Assembly (NCBI GenBank): GCA_026417755.1
Contig: JAOACQ010000022.1
Location: 1-53,063 of the forward strand
Source: Brevinematales bacterium
GTDB lineage: Bacteria; Spirochaetota; Brevinematia; Brevinematales; JAOACQ01
Direction of reading: 5' to 3'
Length of the DNA stretch: 53,063 bases
Shown: positions 40,995 to 51,000 of the stretch, in pieces
Layout of the letters: the number at the start of each line of letters is the position of its first letter
Position numbering within the stretch: position 1 is the stretch's first letter
Translations under genes and position numbers: made by a program
Notes under the pieces: model-generated
Told to the model about the DNA's origin: nothing
Databases searched by the model: none
What the model saw: the letters and a program-made list of their open reading frames with translations, nothing else

Positions 40995-42002
40995 ATGGGG
41001 CTTAGATTTTTGCTCGTTTTGGTTCTATTTTGCTCCTGTTCGGTTTATAAAACCGAAAATAAAGAAGATGTGCTTTTTGAAATTAAGAGGGGGGAAAGTT
41101 TTTCCTCTGTTGTAAAAAGGCTTGTCGAAGAAAAAATCATATCACACCCAAGAGTTTTTAAGTTTCAAGCTAAATTATCTGGTTCATCTAAAAACCTTAA
41201 GTTTGGTATCTACCTGATTAAGAAAAATGAATCTTATAGCTCCATAATAAATAAATTTTACAGTGGTAAAAGTTACTCTATTAATGTAACTATTCCCGAA
41301 GGATATAATATTTTTGATATTGCAGATCTTCTAGAATCAAAAAATCTTGTCAAAAAGGAAGACTTTTTAAAGACTCTTCGGGATAAAGACTTGCTTGATT
41401 ATGCCGGTCTCAATAAAGGGCAGTCACTTGAGGGCTACTTATTCCCTGATTCTTATAGTATTCCTTTAAACTATTCACCAAAACAAATCGCAAAAATGAT
41501 GATTACAAGATTTAAAGAAGTCGTTAATGATGAGATTTTAAACGTTATTAAATCAAAAAATATTACCTTAAACAAAGTTTTAACAATGGCTTCTATAATT
41601 CAAAAGGAAGCAAGATTTGAACATGAAATGCCAATAATATCTGGTGTCTACTACAATAGAATTGAAAAAAGATATAAACTACAGGCTGACCCAACACTTA
41701 TATATGCATTAATACTTGATGGTAAATATGATGGAAATATAAGAAAAAGTCATTTTGATTATCATTCAAAATATAATACATATCGATACTATGGTTTACC
41801 ACCGGGTCCTATATGTAATTCAGGGAAAATGGCTATTCTTGCTGCTATTTATCCAGCAAAAGTAGATTACTTATATTTTGTAGCTAAGCCGGATGGAACC
41901 CATTATTTTTCAAAGACTCTTGAAGAACATAATAAAGCTGTTCATCTCTACCAAATTATCCCAGCTATAGAAAGAAGGAAACAAAGGTTAAATTCAAAAT
42001 GA
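40995..42002 (+). CDS. mltG: Endolytic transglycosylase MltG
   Basis: VTIPEG, LEGYLFPDSY, ASIIQKE, LQADPT, YNTY, GLPPGPICN, YLYFVA. Confidence 0.95.
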   Translation: MGLRFLLVLVLFCSCSVYKTENKEDVLFEIKRGESFSSVVKRLVEEKIISHPRVFKFQAKLSGSSKNLKFGIYLIKKNESYSSIINKFYSGKSYSINVTIPEGYNIFDIADLLESKNLVKKEDFLKTLRDKDLLDYAGLNKGQSLEGYLFPDSYSIPLNYSPKQIAKMMITRFKEVVNDEILNVIKSKNITLNKVLTMASIIQKEARFEHEMPIISGVYYNRIEKRYKLQADPTLIYALILDGKYDGNIRKSHFDYHSKYNTYRYYGLPPGPICNSGKMAILAAIYPAKVDYLYFVAKPDGTHYFSKTLEEHNKAVHLYQIIPAIERRKQRLNSK

Positions 42003-42739
42003 TAGAAAAGAAAGAACTTGTGGCTTTTCTTGACGAATTACTAAAACCATCCGACTTTATTGATTCTACATATAACGGACTACAGGTAGATGGCAAAGAT
42101 TCAATAGAAACAATATCCTTTGCCGTTGATTCCTCTTTATCGGTTTTTGAAAAAGCAGAAGATTTTTTAATTACTCACCACGGTTTGATATGGGGTGGGC
42201 TGAAAAATATTAATTCTTTCTATAAAAAACGAATTTTTCAATTACTCAAAAATGAAATTAATCTTTATGTCTCTCATTTGCCCCTTGATTTTCATCCAGA
42301 GATTGGTAATAACGTTTCTTTAATAAAATTCCTCGATATTTCAAGAAAATTTGAAATTATTAAAAACACTGGAATTTTAGTTTTTTTTAACAAAGAGATA
42401 GAATTACAAGAACTTATTGAAATAGTAAAAAAAAAGATTAATCCTCTCACAAGATTTTATAATTTCAATAATAAAAAATTAAGTGAAATCTTCATATCAA
42501 CAGGAGCAATTTCAAGAAATATCCTTGAAACTCTAGCAAATAATGGCATTAAAAATATATTAACAGGAGAGGCTTCTTCAGAAAATACCTTTTATTATTT
42601 GCTAAAAGAATATGAAATCAATATAATATTAGCCGGACATTATCAAACTGAAATTTTTGGCTTACTTTCTTTACAGGAAGTTTTGAAGAAGGAATTTAAA
42701 GAAAAAGTAAAATATAATTTTATAGATATGCCTTATTAA
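41999..42739 (+). CDS. Nif3/YbgI-like dinuclear metal-centre protein
   Basis: NGLQVDG, ITHHG, SHLPLDFHPEIGNN, GHYQTE. Confidence 0.9.
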   Translation: MIEKKELVAFLDELLKPSDFIDSTYNGLQVDGKDSIETISFAVDSSLSVFEKAEDFLITHHGLIWGGLKNINSFYKKRIFQLLKNEINLYVSHLPLDFHPEIGNNVSLIKFLDISRKFEIIKNTGILVFFNKEIELQELIEIVKKKINPLTRFYNFNNKKLSEIFISTGAISRNILETLANNGIKNILTGEASSENTFYYLLKEYEINIILAGHYQTEIFGLLSLQEVLKKEFKEKVKYNFIDMPY

Positions 42740-42754
42740 AAAAATGGAGAATAT

Positions 42755-43405
42755 ATGAAAGTTGAGTTAATTTCTATCAATCCTGATTGTGAAAAACATA
42801 TAGAATATTGTGCAAGAACATGTTATAATTCTCTTGACAAAATGACCGCTGACTCCCATAAAATTTTTCTTGCAAACCTTATAAAAAATGGCCATCTGTC
42901 GGTTTTAGAACATTCATTTGCATCTTTTCTTATTGACGAAATATCAAGAGCCTGTTCTCATCAACTTGTTCGTCAGAGGCTCGCAAGTTTTTCTCAAAGA
43001 TCACAAAGATATGTAAATGAAAAAGATTTTTCTTTTGTTATACCACCAGAAATTGAAGCAAATACTATAGCAAAGCAGATTTATCTTAAAACCATTGAAG
43101 ACATCCAAATTTCATATGCCAAACTTGTAGATATGGGAATAAAAAAAGAAGATGCAAGATTTCTTCTACCAAATGCTTCACACACAACTATCACAATGAC
43201 AGCAAATTTTAGAGAGTGGCTTCACATAATTGATTTAAGAGTAAGTAAACACGCCCAATGGGAAATAAGAGACTTGTTTATAAATATATGGAAATTACTC
43301 TTTAACAAGGCTCCAACTGTTTTTTCAGAAATATATTTTCTCAACTGGAGTAAAGACTATGAATACAAAAAAGAAATTTTTGAAACAAAGATAAAATCCT
43401 CTTGA
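42755..43405 (+). CDS. thyX: FAD-dependent thymidylate synthase
   Basis: GHLSVLEH, SRACSHQLVRQRLASFSQRSQRY, EDARFLLP, NFRE, AQWEIR. Confidence 0.94.
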   Translation: MKVELISINPDCEKHIEYCARTCYNSLDKMTADSHKIFLANLIKNGHLSVLEHSFASFLIDEISRACSHQLVRQRLASFSQRSQRYVNEKDFSFVIPPEIEANTIAKQIYLKTIEDIQISYAKLVDMGIKKEDARFLLPNASHTTITMTANFREWLHIIDLRVSKHAQWEIRDLFINIWKLLFNKAPTVFSEIYFLNWSKDYEYKKEIFETKIKSS

Positions 43406-43445
43406 ATTTTTTTAAACAATATGATAATCTTAATGGGGTTTAAAA

Positions 43446-43781
43446 ATGGATGAAGCCAAATTAATAGAAGATGGAAAAGTATTAATTATATCCATTGATG
43501 GAACTTTTTCTATCCCACAGGTAGTAAAGCTTAAAAAAAATTTTTTTAATTATTTTAAAGATAAAAAACTTTTTATTTTCGATCTTTCAAATACTAAATG
43601 GATTGATTCCTTTGGGATGGGTTTTATAGCCTGGGTTGTTAAAAATGCAATTATTTTAGATGCAGAAGTGAGTATCATAAATCCTGAAAAGAGCGTAATA
43701 GAAATATTTAAAAAAACCAAATTAGTAGAAATAGTAACCTTTTGGAATAGTATCGAGCAAGCAAAGTCAAGTTTAGCTTAA
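43446..43781 (+). CDS. STAS-domain anti-sigma factor antagonist
   Basis: FDLSNTKWIDSFGMG motif, 111 aa. Confidence 0.85.
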   Translation: MDEAKLIEDGKVLIISIDGTFSIPQVVKLKKNFFNYFKDKKLFIFDLSNTKWIDSFGMGFIAWVVKNAIILDAEVSIINPEKSVIEIFKKTKLVEIVTFWNSIEQAKSSLA

Positions 43782-45871
43782 GTAGAACTTTCATCTTTTA
43801 TAAGATAAGACAATACAGAAAATATAAAAGACTCATAACCAAACTGTTTTAATTGATATTCTTTAAGAGCATTGTAAAACTCTGTTTTGTTTTTAACCCC
43901 CATCTCATCGTATATAGCACTGATATGATTTTTAACAGTGCTTTCGGTTATAAAAAGTTTACTTGCAATATCTTTTACCTTATATCCTTCAAGTAATAAG
44001 AGAAAAACTTCTCTCTGACGTTGAGTAAGATTGTATTTTTTAAAAAATGTCTCTTCTGGAATAAGAAATGAATTGGTGAAAGATTTTAAATCCATACAGC
44101 TCCATCTCAAACCTTTAATCTGTTTATTTTTTATAATTGGTAACGCTTTCGCGAGAAGAGTCTGTTTTTTACCTCTTTTTGTTACTATTCTGAATTCTTT
44201 AAAATTTGAATTATTTGATGATAAAATATCTTCACAATAAATCTTTATTTTTTCTCTATCCTCCTCCATTATAAAATCGAGGAGATTAAGCTTATTTTTT
44301 TCTTCAATTTCAAAAAAATCAACTCCCGTCTGGTTAATAAATTCAATCTTAAAATTTAAATCCGTTTCAAAAATAATAGTTGGAAGAAAATTAGCAATGT
44401 CTTTAAATTTTTCCTCACTTCTTTTTAATCTTTCTTCCATTTTCTTTCTTACATTGATCTCTTCCTGTAATTTTTGATTTATTTTTTTAAGATCTTTAGT
44501 TTTTTCCTCCACAAGTCTTTCAAGATTTTGAGAATAGTCTTTTAGTTCTCCTATAAGACTTGAAATTCTTAAGGCAACACTCAATTTTTGCCTTACTGTT
44601 TCGTATATCATACCATCTGTTACAAAAAAATCCATCATAAAAAAACCTATTTGTTCATCTCCATGAAATAATCCTTGAATTATATAGGTTTTTGCACTTT
44701 TTCTATATTTATTTATTTCTTCAGGGAAAAGATTTGTTGTTTTAAAGACATCTTCCCTTAAAGCCACTTTCTTATTTTCTATTACAGCACTTATTATTCT
44801 TGAATTATCAAAAGGTTTATCTGGATTTTCATAAGATGCAAGGAAAAAAGTTCCTACCCCCATAAACTTCATACTCTCTTCAAAAATATTAATCTGTTTT
44901 TTTAATTCAAATGAAGTTATCAATTGTTCTCCCATATCATTCATTTTTTCAAGGAGCGTCTCCTGTGCAAGTGGTTTTATCTTCATAGATGATTCAAATA
45001 AAACATCTTTTTCTTTACAACCACAAGATGTTCTAAAAATTGGATGTGTTGGCAAAATAATCCTTGTTTCTTTTGAGTTTTTATTTATTATATTAAAGAG
45101 AAGTTCCGCAGATTTATATCCAAGTTCACTTATTGGTTGATGAACAGTTGTTAAGCCTTTATCAACACTTAGATCAACATTATCAAACCCGGTAACAAGT
45201 ATCTGATCCGGAACCTTTATTTTTCTATATTCAAGCTCTTCCAGAACTCCCAAAGCCATCTGATCATTTGAAGAAATTATAACCTCCGGGAAAAAACCTT
45301 CTTCATCAAAAATTTTTTTTGTTGCATTTCTACCAGATAAAATAGAAAAATCTCCATCCACAAATAAAATACTTTTTAAATCTATATTATGCTCCTTCAC
45401 AGAATTCAAAAAGACTTGTTTTCTTATTCGCGCTTCTGGATTACCAGCCGGTCCTTCAATAAAAGCAATTTTCTTAACTTTATGCAGGTAAAAAAGATGT
45501 TCAAGTAGATTTTTAAAACCATTTTCATTATCTATTTCAACAGATGGGTAATCGTTAACATTCATGCCAAGAGTCACCAATGGCAAGTCTTTATATAATT
45601 TTAAAAAATCTATAACCTCTTTTTCATTTAAAATATTTGAAACAGATGGGCAGGTTATAATCAGACCATCTATTTTTTCCTTCGTAGGGAAATAAAACAG
45701 CAAATTCTTCTTTTTTTCCCAGTCATTTGGAGAATTAATTCTTCCTGTAATAAAACAATAAGTATCAATATCCTTATTCAAAGTAAAATTTGATATTCCA
45801 GATATTATACCTGTATGATAAGGTGAGCCTATCCAATCAAATATAACACCAAAGGCGAGTTTTTTGTTCAT
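43778..45871 (-). CDS. One-component regulator: LacI-type sugar-binding domain + coiled coil + PAS + LuxR HTH
   Basis: IDNENG, IAFIEGP...EARIR, NDQMALG, VTGFDN, LTTVHQP, RTSCGC; no N-terminal HTH; C-terminal LTQRQREV...ITESTVKNHISAIY. Confidence 0.88.
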   Translation of the reverse strand: MNKKLAFGVIFDWIGSPYHTGIISGISNFTLNKDIDTYCFITGRINSPNDWEKKKNLLFYFPTKEKIDGLIITCPSVSNILNEKEVIDFLKLYKDLPLVTLGMNVNDYPSVEIDNENGFKNLLEHLFYLHKVKKIAFIEGPAGNPEARIRKQVFLNSVKEHNIDLKSILFVDGDFSILSGRNATKKIFDEEGFFPEVIISSNDQMALGVLEELEYRKIKVPDQILVTGFDNVDLSVDKGLTTVHQPISELGYKSAELLFNIINKNSKETRIILPTHPIFRTSCGCKEKDVLFESSMKIKPLAQETLLEKMNDMGEQLITSFELKKQINIFEESMKFMGVGTFFLASYENPDKPFDNSRIISAVIENKKVALREDVFKTTNLFPEEINKYRKSAKTYIIQGLFHGDEQIGFFMMDFFVTDGMIYETVRQKLSVALRISSLIGELKDYSQNLERLVEEKTKDLKKINQKLQEEINVRKKMEERLKRSEEKFKDIANFLPTIIFETDLNFKIEFINQTGVDFFEIEEKNKLNLLDFIMEEDREKIKIYCEDILSSNNSNFKEFRIVTKRGKKQTLLAKALPIIKNKQIKGLRWSCMDLKSFTNSFLIPEETFFKKYNLTQRQREVFLLLLEGYKVKDIASKLFITESTVKNHISAIYDEMGVKNKTEFYNALKEYQLKQFGYESFIFSVLSYLIKDESST

Positions 45872-45987
45872 TTTTCATACTCTTTTTAAAGAAATTTTGA
45901 AATATTATGAAATAAAAAAAACAAAATTGCAACTAAAAAAAAATTTACTTTAAGAAAAGCCCCACTTTAAATTAAGAAAAGAAAATC

Positions 45988-46015
45988 CCGGGGTTACAGT
46001 AAAAGGTAACCCCGG
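45988..46015 (-). terminator. Intrinsic terminator of the CBM lipoprotein gene
   Basis: CCGGGGTTAC/GTAACCCCGG 10-bp stem with a T-rich tail on the minus strand. Confidence 0.8.
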
Positions 46016-46054
46016 TGAATAAAATTTACTTTCCCTATTCTGTATTTTTATTAA

Positions 46055-46660
46055 TTAATCTAAAATAGGTTTAATACTTACATTTCTTATAGATACACCG
46101 GCTGGATGACCAGAAAGTAAGAATTCAAGTCTTGCAAAATCATCCCCACCAACAGCTTTAAATTCTTTTGTGAAAGTTTGCCATTCTGTTGTAAGATCAA
46201 ATCTCATCATACCAGAATATGCAAGCCAGTCCCCACCAATTCTACCAACCTTAACAGCAATAGCTCTTGGTTGATCAGCCTTTGCATCAAACTTGAAGAA
46301 ATATTTTTTACCAAACTTCATTGGCACTGGAAATTGAACAAGCTGAAGCTGCCAGTTATCATTTCCAGGAGCCTGAACTTTAACGGTGAAAACCCCATCT
46401 TTTACTTCACCTGTTCCATTTGCTGGCATTGTAACATGGAACGTCCATTTACCACTAACTTCTGCTTTAATAGCATCAGTAAGCCCATTATAAACTGAAT
46501 AATTCTTTACAGAACCAGCTGGAAAATTTCCATCCTTAATCATCTCTTCTCCGAGTTTTGGCCCACTATCTTTAACAGTAGATTTACCACTTCCACTGCC
46601 ACCGCAGGACACAAGAGCTAATACAAGAAGAGAAGAAACAATAAGCAAAAATCTTTTCAT
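46055..46660 (-). CDS. Lipoprotein with a single CBM4/9 carbohydrate-binding module
   Basis: LVSC lipobox; WQLQLVQ...GKKYFFKFDAKADQPR...LTTEWQTF...ARLEF. Confidence 0.82.
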   Translation of the reverse strand: MKRFLLIVSSLLVLALVSCGGSGSGKSTVKDSGPKLGEEMIKDGNFPAGSVKNYSVYNGLTDAIKAEVSGKWTFHVTMPANGTGEVKDGVFTVKVQAPGNDNWQLQLVQFPVPMKFGKKYFFKFDAKADQPRAIAVKVGRIGGDWLAYSGMMRFDLTTEWQTFTKEFKAVGGDDFARLEFLLSGHPAGVSIRNVSIKPILD

Positions 46661-46722
46661 CTTAACCTCCTTAACATTATTTCTATTTTATTAATTATAG
46701 CTAATTTTAGAAATTTTCATAT

Positions 46723-46760
46723 AGACTTTTAGTATGATTTTTATCATACTTTTAGTATGA
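46723..46760. promoter_or_regulatory. Tandem palindromic boxes ATACTTTTAGTAT upstream of the CBM gene
   Basis: AGACTTTTAGTAT (46723-46735) and ATACTTTTAGTAT (46746-46758; extends to TCATACT-ttt-AGTATGA); minus-strand TATAAT at 46694-46699 with no -35. Confidence 0.65.
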
Positions 46761-46883
46761 ATTTGAAAAATAAAATTTTTATAAAAATTAAAATTATAAT
46801 AATTAAGAAAAGGCTTAAAATATTATTTGACTTTTTATTATTAATATTCAATAATAAACATATTAATAAAAAAGGAATTAGTT

Positions 46884-47054
46884 ATGCAAATAAAAATATA
46901 TCAGGTGGATGCTTTTGCTGAAGAGATTTTTACAGGTAATCCAGCAGCTGTATGTCCTCTTCCTTTAGATTGGCTACCTGAGGAAACAATCCAATCGATC
47001 GCAAAAGAAAACAATCTATATGATAGATATAAGTATAATAAAATCCTATCATAG
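46884..47054 (+). pseudogene. PhzF-family isomerase 5' remnant (56 aa)
   Basis: MQIKIYQVDAFAEEIFTGNPAAVCPL..WLPEETIQSIAKENNL, then similarity breaks where SETAF is expected; TAG at 47052. Confidence 0.85.
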
Positions 47055-47069
47055 GAGGAGGAGGTTATT

Positions 47070-47588
47070 ATGAAAAACTTTAAAATTTTTTCTTTGTTTT
47101 TGTTATTTCTACTTGTTAATGGGCAGAATAAAAATATTAAAGTAAAACATCAACCTCTTTTAAAAGAAGGTGAAAAGGTTCTTTTGAGCTTCAAAATGAA
47201 AAAATCTAACAAAATTATGACACTTGCTGTTTGCACAAACTGGGAGTATATTATCTATCGTTTTGGAACTAAAAATAAGATTGAATTAGAATTCCCCAGA
47301 GAAAAAAATAACTCATGCGAAAAATTTGTATATTCTTTTTATAATAGAGGTGGTGGTGCAGAAAATCTTGGGTTGAATTTAAATTATATAACTTTTACTA
47401 ATGAAAATATTGTTTACAAAATTTATGATAAATATTATGCAGAGAATGATACATCACTTATAGGTATAGAAATTATAAATGAAAAGGGAAAAAAGTTTAC
47501 TATTGAAGGAGACCCCCAAAGTAAAATAGGGTGGTTAGACGACTTGAGAGATAATGAAAAGATAAAAATAGAAAATATAACCGAATAA
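47070..47588 (+). CDS. Hypothetical secreted protein
   Basis: Signal peptide, strong GGAGGAGGAGG SD, YRFGT..KIELEFP and RGGGAEN motifs. Confidence 0.75.
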   Translation: MKNFKIFSLFLLFLLVNGQNKNIKVKHQPLLKEGEKVLLSFKMKKSNKIMTLAVCTNWEYIIYRFGTKNKIELEFPREKNNSCEKFVYSFYNRGGGAENLGLNLNYITFTNENIVYKIYDKYYAENDTSLIGIEIINEKGKKFTIEGDPQSKIGWLDDLRDNEKIKIENITE

Positions 47589-47622
47589 ATATTAATATTT
47601 CATCTCCTTAAGAGGAAAAAAG

Positions 47623-48015
47623 TTGAAAATTTTAATCAAACTAAAAAATAAAGCAAAAATGTTAAAAAAAGAAATTACTACCCTCTATTATGCTTATCAA
47701 GATCCAAAATTGAGCTTGTTACCAAAGCTAATCATTATTTTTACAATTGGGTATGCATTAAGTCCTATAGACCTTATTCCAGATTTTATTCCTATATGGG
47801 GACAACTCGACGACCTCATCATAATTCCATTACTTATAACTTTTTCAATCAACTTAATACCCGACAAAATAATGGAAGACGCAAGAAAAAAGGCTCTGAA
47901 TACACAAATTAAGCTCAAAAAAAACTGGTTTTTTGGTTTATTATTCATCTTAATTTGGGGTCTTATATTAATAAAAGTTTTATTTGTATTGATAAATTTT
48001 TTAAAAAAACTTTAG
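47623..48015 (+). CDS. YkvA/DUF1232 family membrane protein
   Basis: YALSPIDLIPDFIPIWGQLDD. Confidence 0.92.
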   Translation: MKILIKLKNKAKMLKKEITTLYYAYQDPKLSLLPKLIIIFTIGYALSPIDLIPDFIPIWGQLDDLIIIPLLITFSINLIPDKIMEDARKKALNTQIKLKKNWFFGLLFILIWGLILIKVLFVLINFLKKL

Positions 48016-48088
48016 TCCACAAAATATAAATATCTATCTTTTATGTTTTCAATAACTAAAAAATCAGTTAAAATTTTCTTATCAAAAA

Positions 48089-51000
48089 CTAATCAAGTAA
48101 GACCTCTATTTTTGAATATTTTCCTTCTCTTATTTCAAGAGAATAAGGCATATTTATTGTATCAGAATCTATAGTTATAAGGCTACCGTCTTTACCATAG
48201 AGTTTATAGGATTTTACCTTAACAGAATTTTCTCCAAAAGTGTCTTTTCTTTTAGGGTTAATGAATAAAACAAGAGTATCATACATAAAACTCATCAAAT
48301 AACAATTAGGAGGTAAATTAATTTGTTTAATTTCTTCACCTACATAATAACTTATTATATCTTCTTTTTCAGAGAATAACCAGCTAGCCAAAGATGGTTC
48401 AAATTTTAGACATAATTTACCCTCATTATCCAAATAGAAAGGCTTATTGCCAAATGCCATAACAAGCAGCATATTATAAAACTCCGAGGTAGTACCGGAT
48501 AGTCTGGGATAAAAACCTCTACCATGAAGATCTGGATCTGGATTTGAACTTGTAACTATAAATGAAACATTCTCAAATATACTTCTCCCATAAATTTCTG
48601 GCTTGAAAAAAGGAACAAGGCAAGTTTTAATGTCTTCATAAAATATGTCACATAAACCATTCTTTATAAGTTCGAGAAGATACTTATATTCCATATGAGA
48701 AAAAACTGATTCATTTTCAAGCCAGCCTGGAGTAAAAGATTGCATTCTACCAAGTTCAAGAGGCATATCTTTGGTAGAAGCACTTAATTTATACATCCTA
48801 AGTTTTTTGTCAAAAATGTCGCTTTGTTTTACATTTAAAGCAATCTGTCTTGACTTAGAAATATCTTTCTCTGTCCTTAAATAATGAACTTCTCCTTCCA
48901 GAAATGGTACAACTCTTCTCATTTCAAATTTTTCAGGTATAATTTTATCATTCTCGACTCTATATTTCACGAGATCATAATAAAAATATGTGGTATAAAG
49001 CCCATTATTATAATCAAAACCTTTTTCTATCGAATGAGAAAGTTTTTTCAAAGCAAATTCTATAAACTCCTCAAGCTCACTTTGTTCTATCTTAATTTCC
49101 TTCCCATCTATACCATACTTCACCTTTTCTCTATACATTTCTCTCTCTGTAGAAGCAAGATCCCAGAATTCAAAATTTGAAATTTTTCTACTCAAATTTT
49201 CTTTTATAAGGTTTAAAACTGATTTCATTAAATCATATATTTCTATTGGTAGTTTCACTTCTTTAGTGTTTATTTTAATCCAATTTTTTAAATTAACAAG
49301 TAATCTCTTTAATTCTAAAGTTTCATTAAGTGATGAACCAAAAAGCCCGGGTAACCCATTTATTGAGTCATTCCAATTAGGTTTACCTGCCTCCATTTCT
49401 ATTCCTATATTTTCTGGGTCAAGAGTTGACAATTTTATTACCGATAGTGCCAGTAATTTTGAAATAAGATTTGTATAATAAACTTCTCCCTTTCCATAAT
49501 TTTTTCTCACCTTATTTGGTTCATTATCTCTTGATTTTATAAGTTTTTCTTTCTCTTTGTCTTTTTTAATTGCATTATACTGTCTTGGTTGACCTGCATA
49601 GTTTATTACATATTTTTCTTTTCTCGGAAGAACAAATTCACAATCGTCATAAAAATATATGCTTTTTTCCTCATACAGAAGTTCTTTCATCTTATCTGGA
49701 AAAACAGCTTCAAAACTTTCAATCAAATCAATATTGTATGTCCAGTGATCAGTCCAGTATCCTTCTCCATGTTCCGCCTCTTCAAGTTTTTTACTGTTAA
49801 GAATCAAGAAAGATAGAAAATCAAATAAATTTCCCTTTTTTAATGAAAATTTATTTTCTTCAAATAGTTTAATTATGTCATAAGGAATAAATTTATTTTC
49901 AAGTAATTTTGAGACATTTTCTAAACCATCATTAATCCATTCTGAAAGAATTTTTGATTTTTCCTTGTCAAATTGATAACTCAGCCCCTTAACAACAAGT
50001 GGATTATAACCATCGAGTTGAATCAAATTGATAAAATATAGAATATTAGAATATCCTACATCTGGATTGAAAAACACATCGTTCCTTCTGTTCTGGTTTA
50101 TGTCTCTATATGCGCCATTACCCTGTGAAAAATATGTTGGTTGTAGTTTGAAATTATTGTAGTCTCTTTCCAAATCTCCATGTCTTCTCGAAAATAAATA
50201 AAGAACATCTTTTTTGCCATTTGAACGAATACTGAACGGAAACCCACCTCTTAAAAGGTTATCAAGAAACGTTTGTTTTGCATAAGAATTAAAAGCAGGA
50301 ATATTTGAATAAACGAGACATTTGTCGATTAATGATTTTATGAGTTTTTCATTTTCTTTTTCTTTTATTTTAAAAAATTCTTCTCTTGCAAGATAAGAAA
50401 ATCTATTCTTTACATTTTCAAGGTTTTCATCTTTTCCAACAAGCGAATAAATCTTTATACTTTCATTATTTTTTAAGTTAACAGAAGAGTATGAAAGTGC
50501 CGACGGTGTTCTGTTTCCAGAATATTGTCTTTCCGGAAACTTAAAATCTTTATTTTTAAATATAAATGGATAGGAAAAATCATTCGACAAACCAAAAATT
50601 TTATCAGGTTCTATTATAATTGGAAGAGGTTTGTTATCTTCAATAAATGAGAAATAGAAATGTCCTGCCTTGATCGGTTTTACCTCTGCTGTATCAACAA
50701 AAGTCATTTTGAGTCTATAAAAAGGCAAATTATTTTCAACATTATCAACAGTATACCACGCTTCAATAGTTCTACACATATTTTTCATTGCCCAATCATT
50801 AAGCCCATAAGGCATTATCTGTGGGAGCCCATCCAATACATCAAACTCAACTTTTTTAGAAGAAACATTCTTTATTTCTACGACTCTAGCAAGTGCCCCT
50901 ATAGGCTCATTTGGAATGGTAAAAAATTTTACAGTTGTTTCAATACCAAGAGAAGAATTTATTTCTTTTAATTCAAGATCATACGGAGTAAATATCATTT

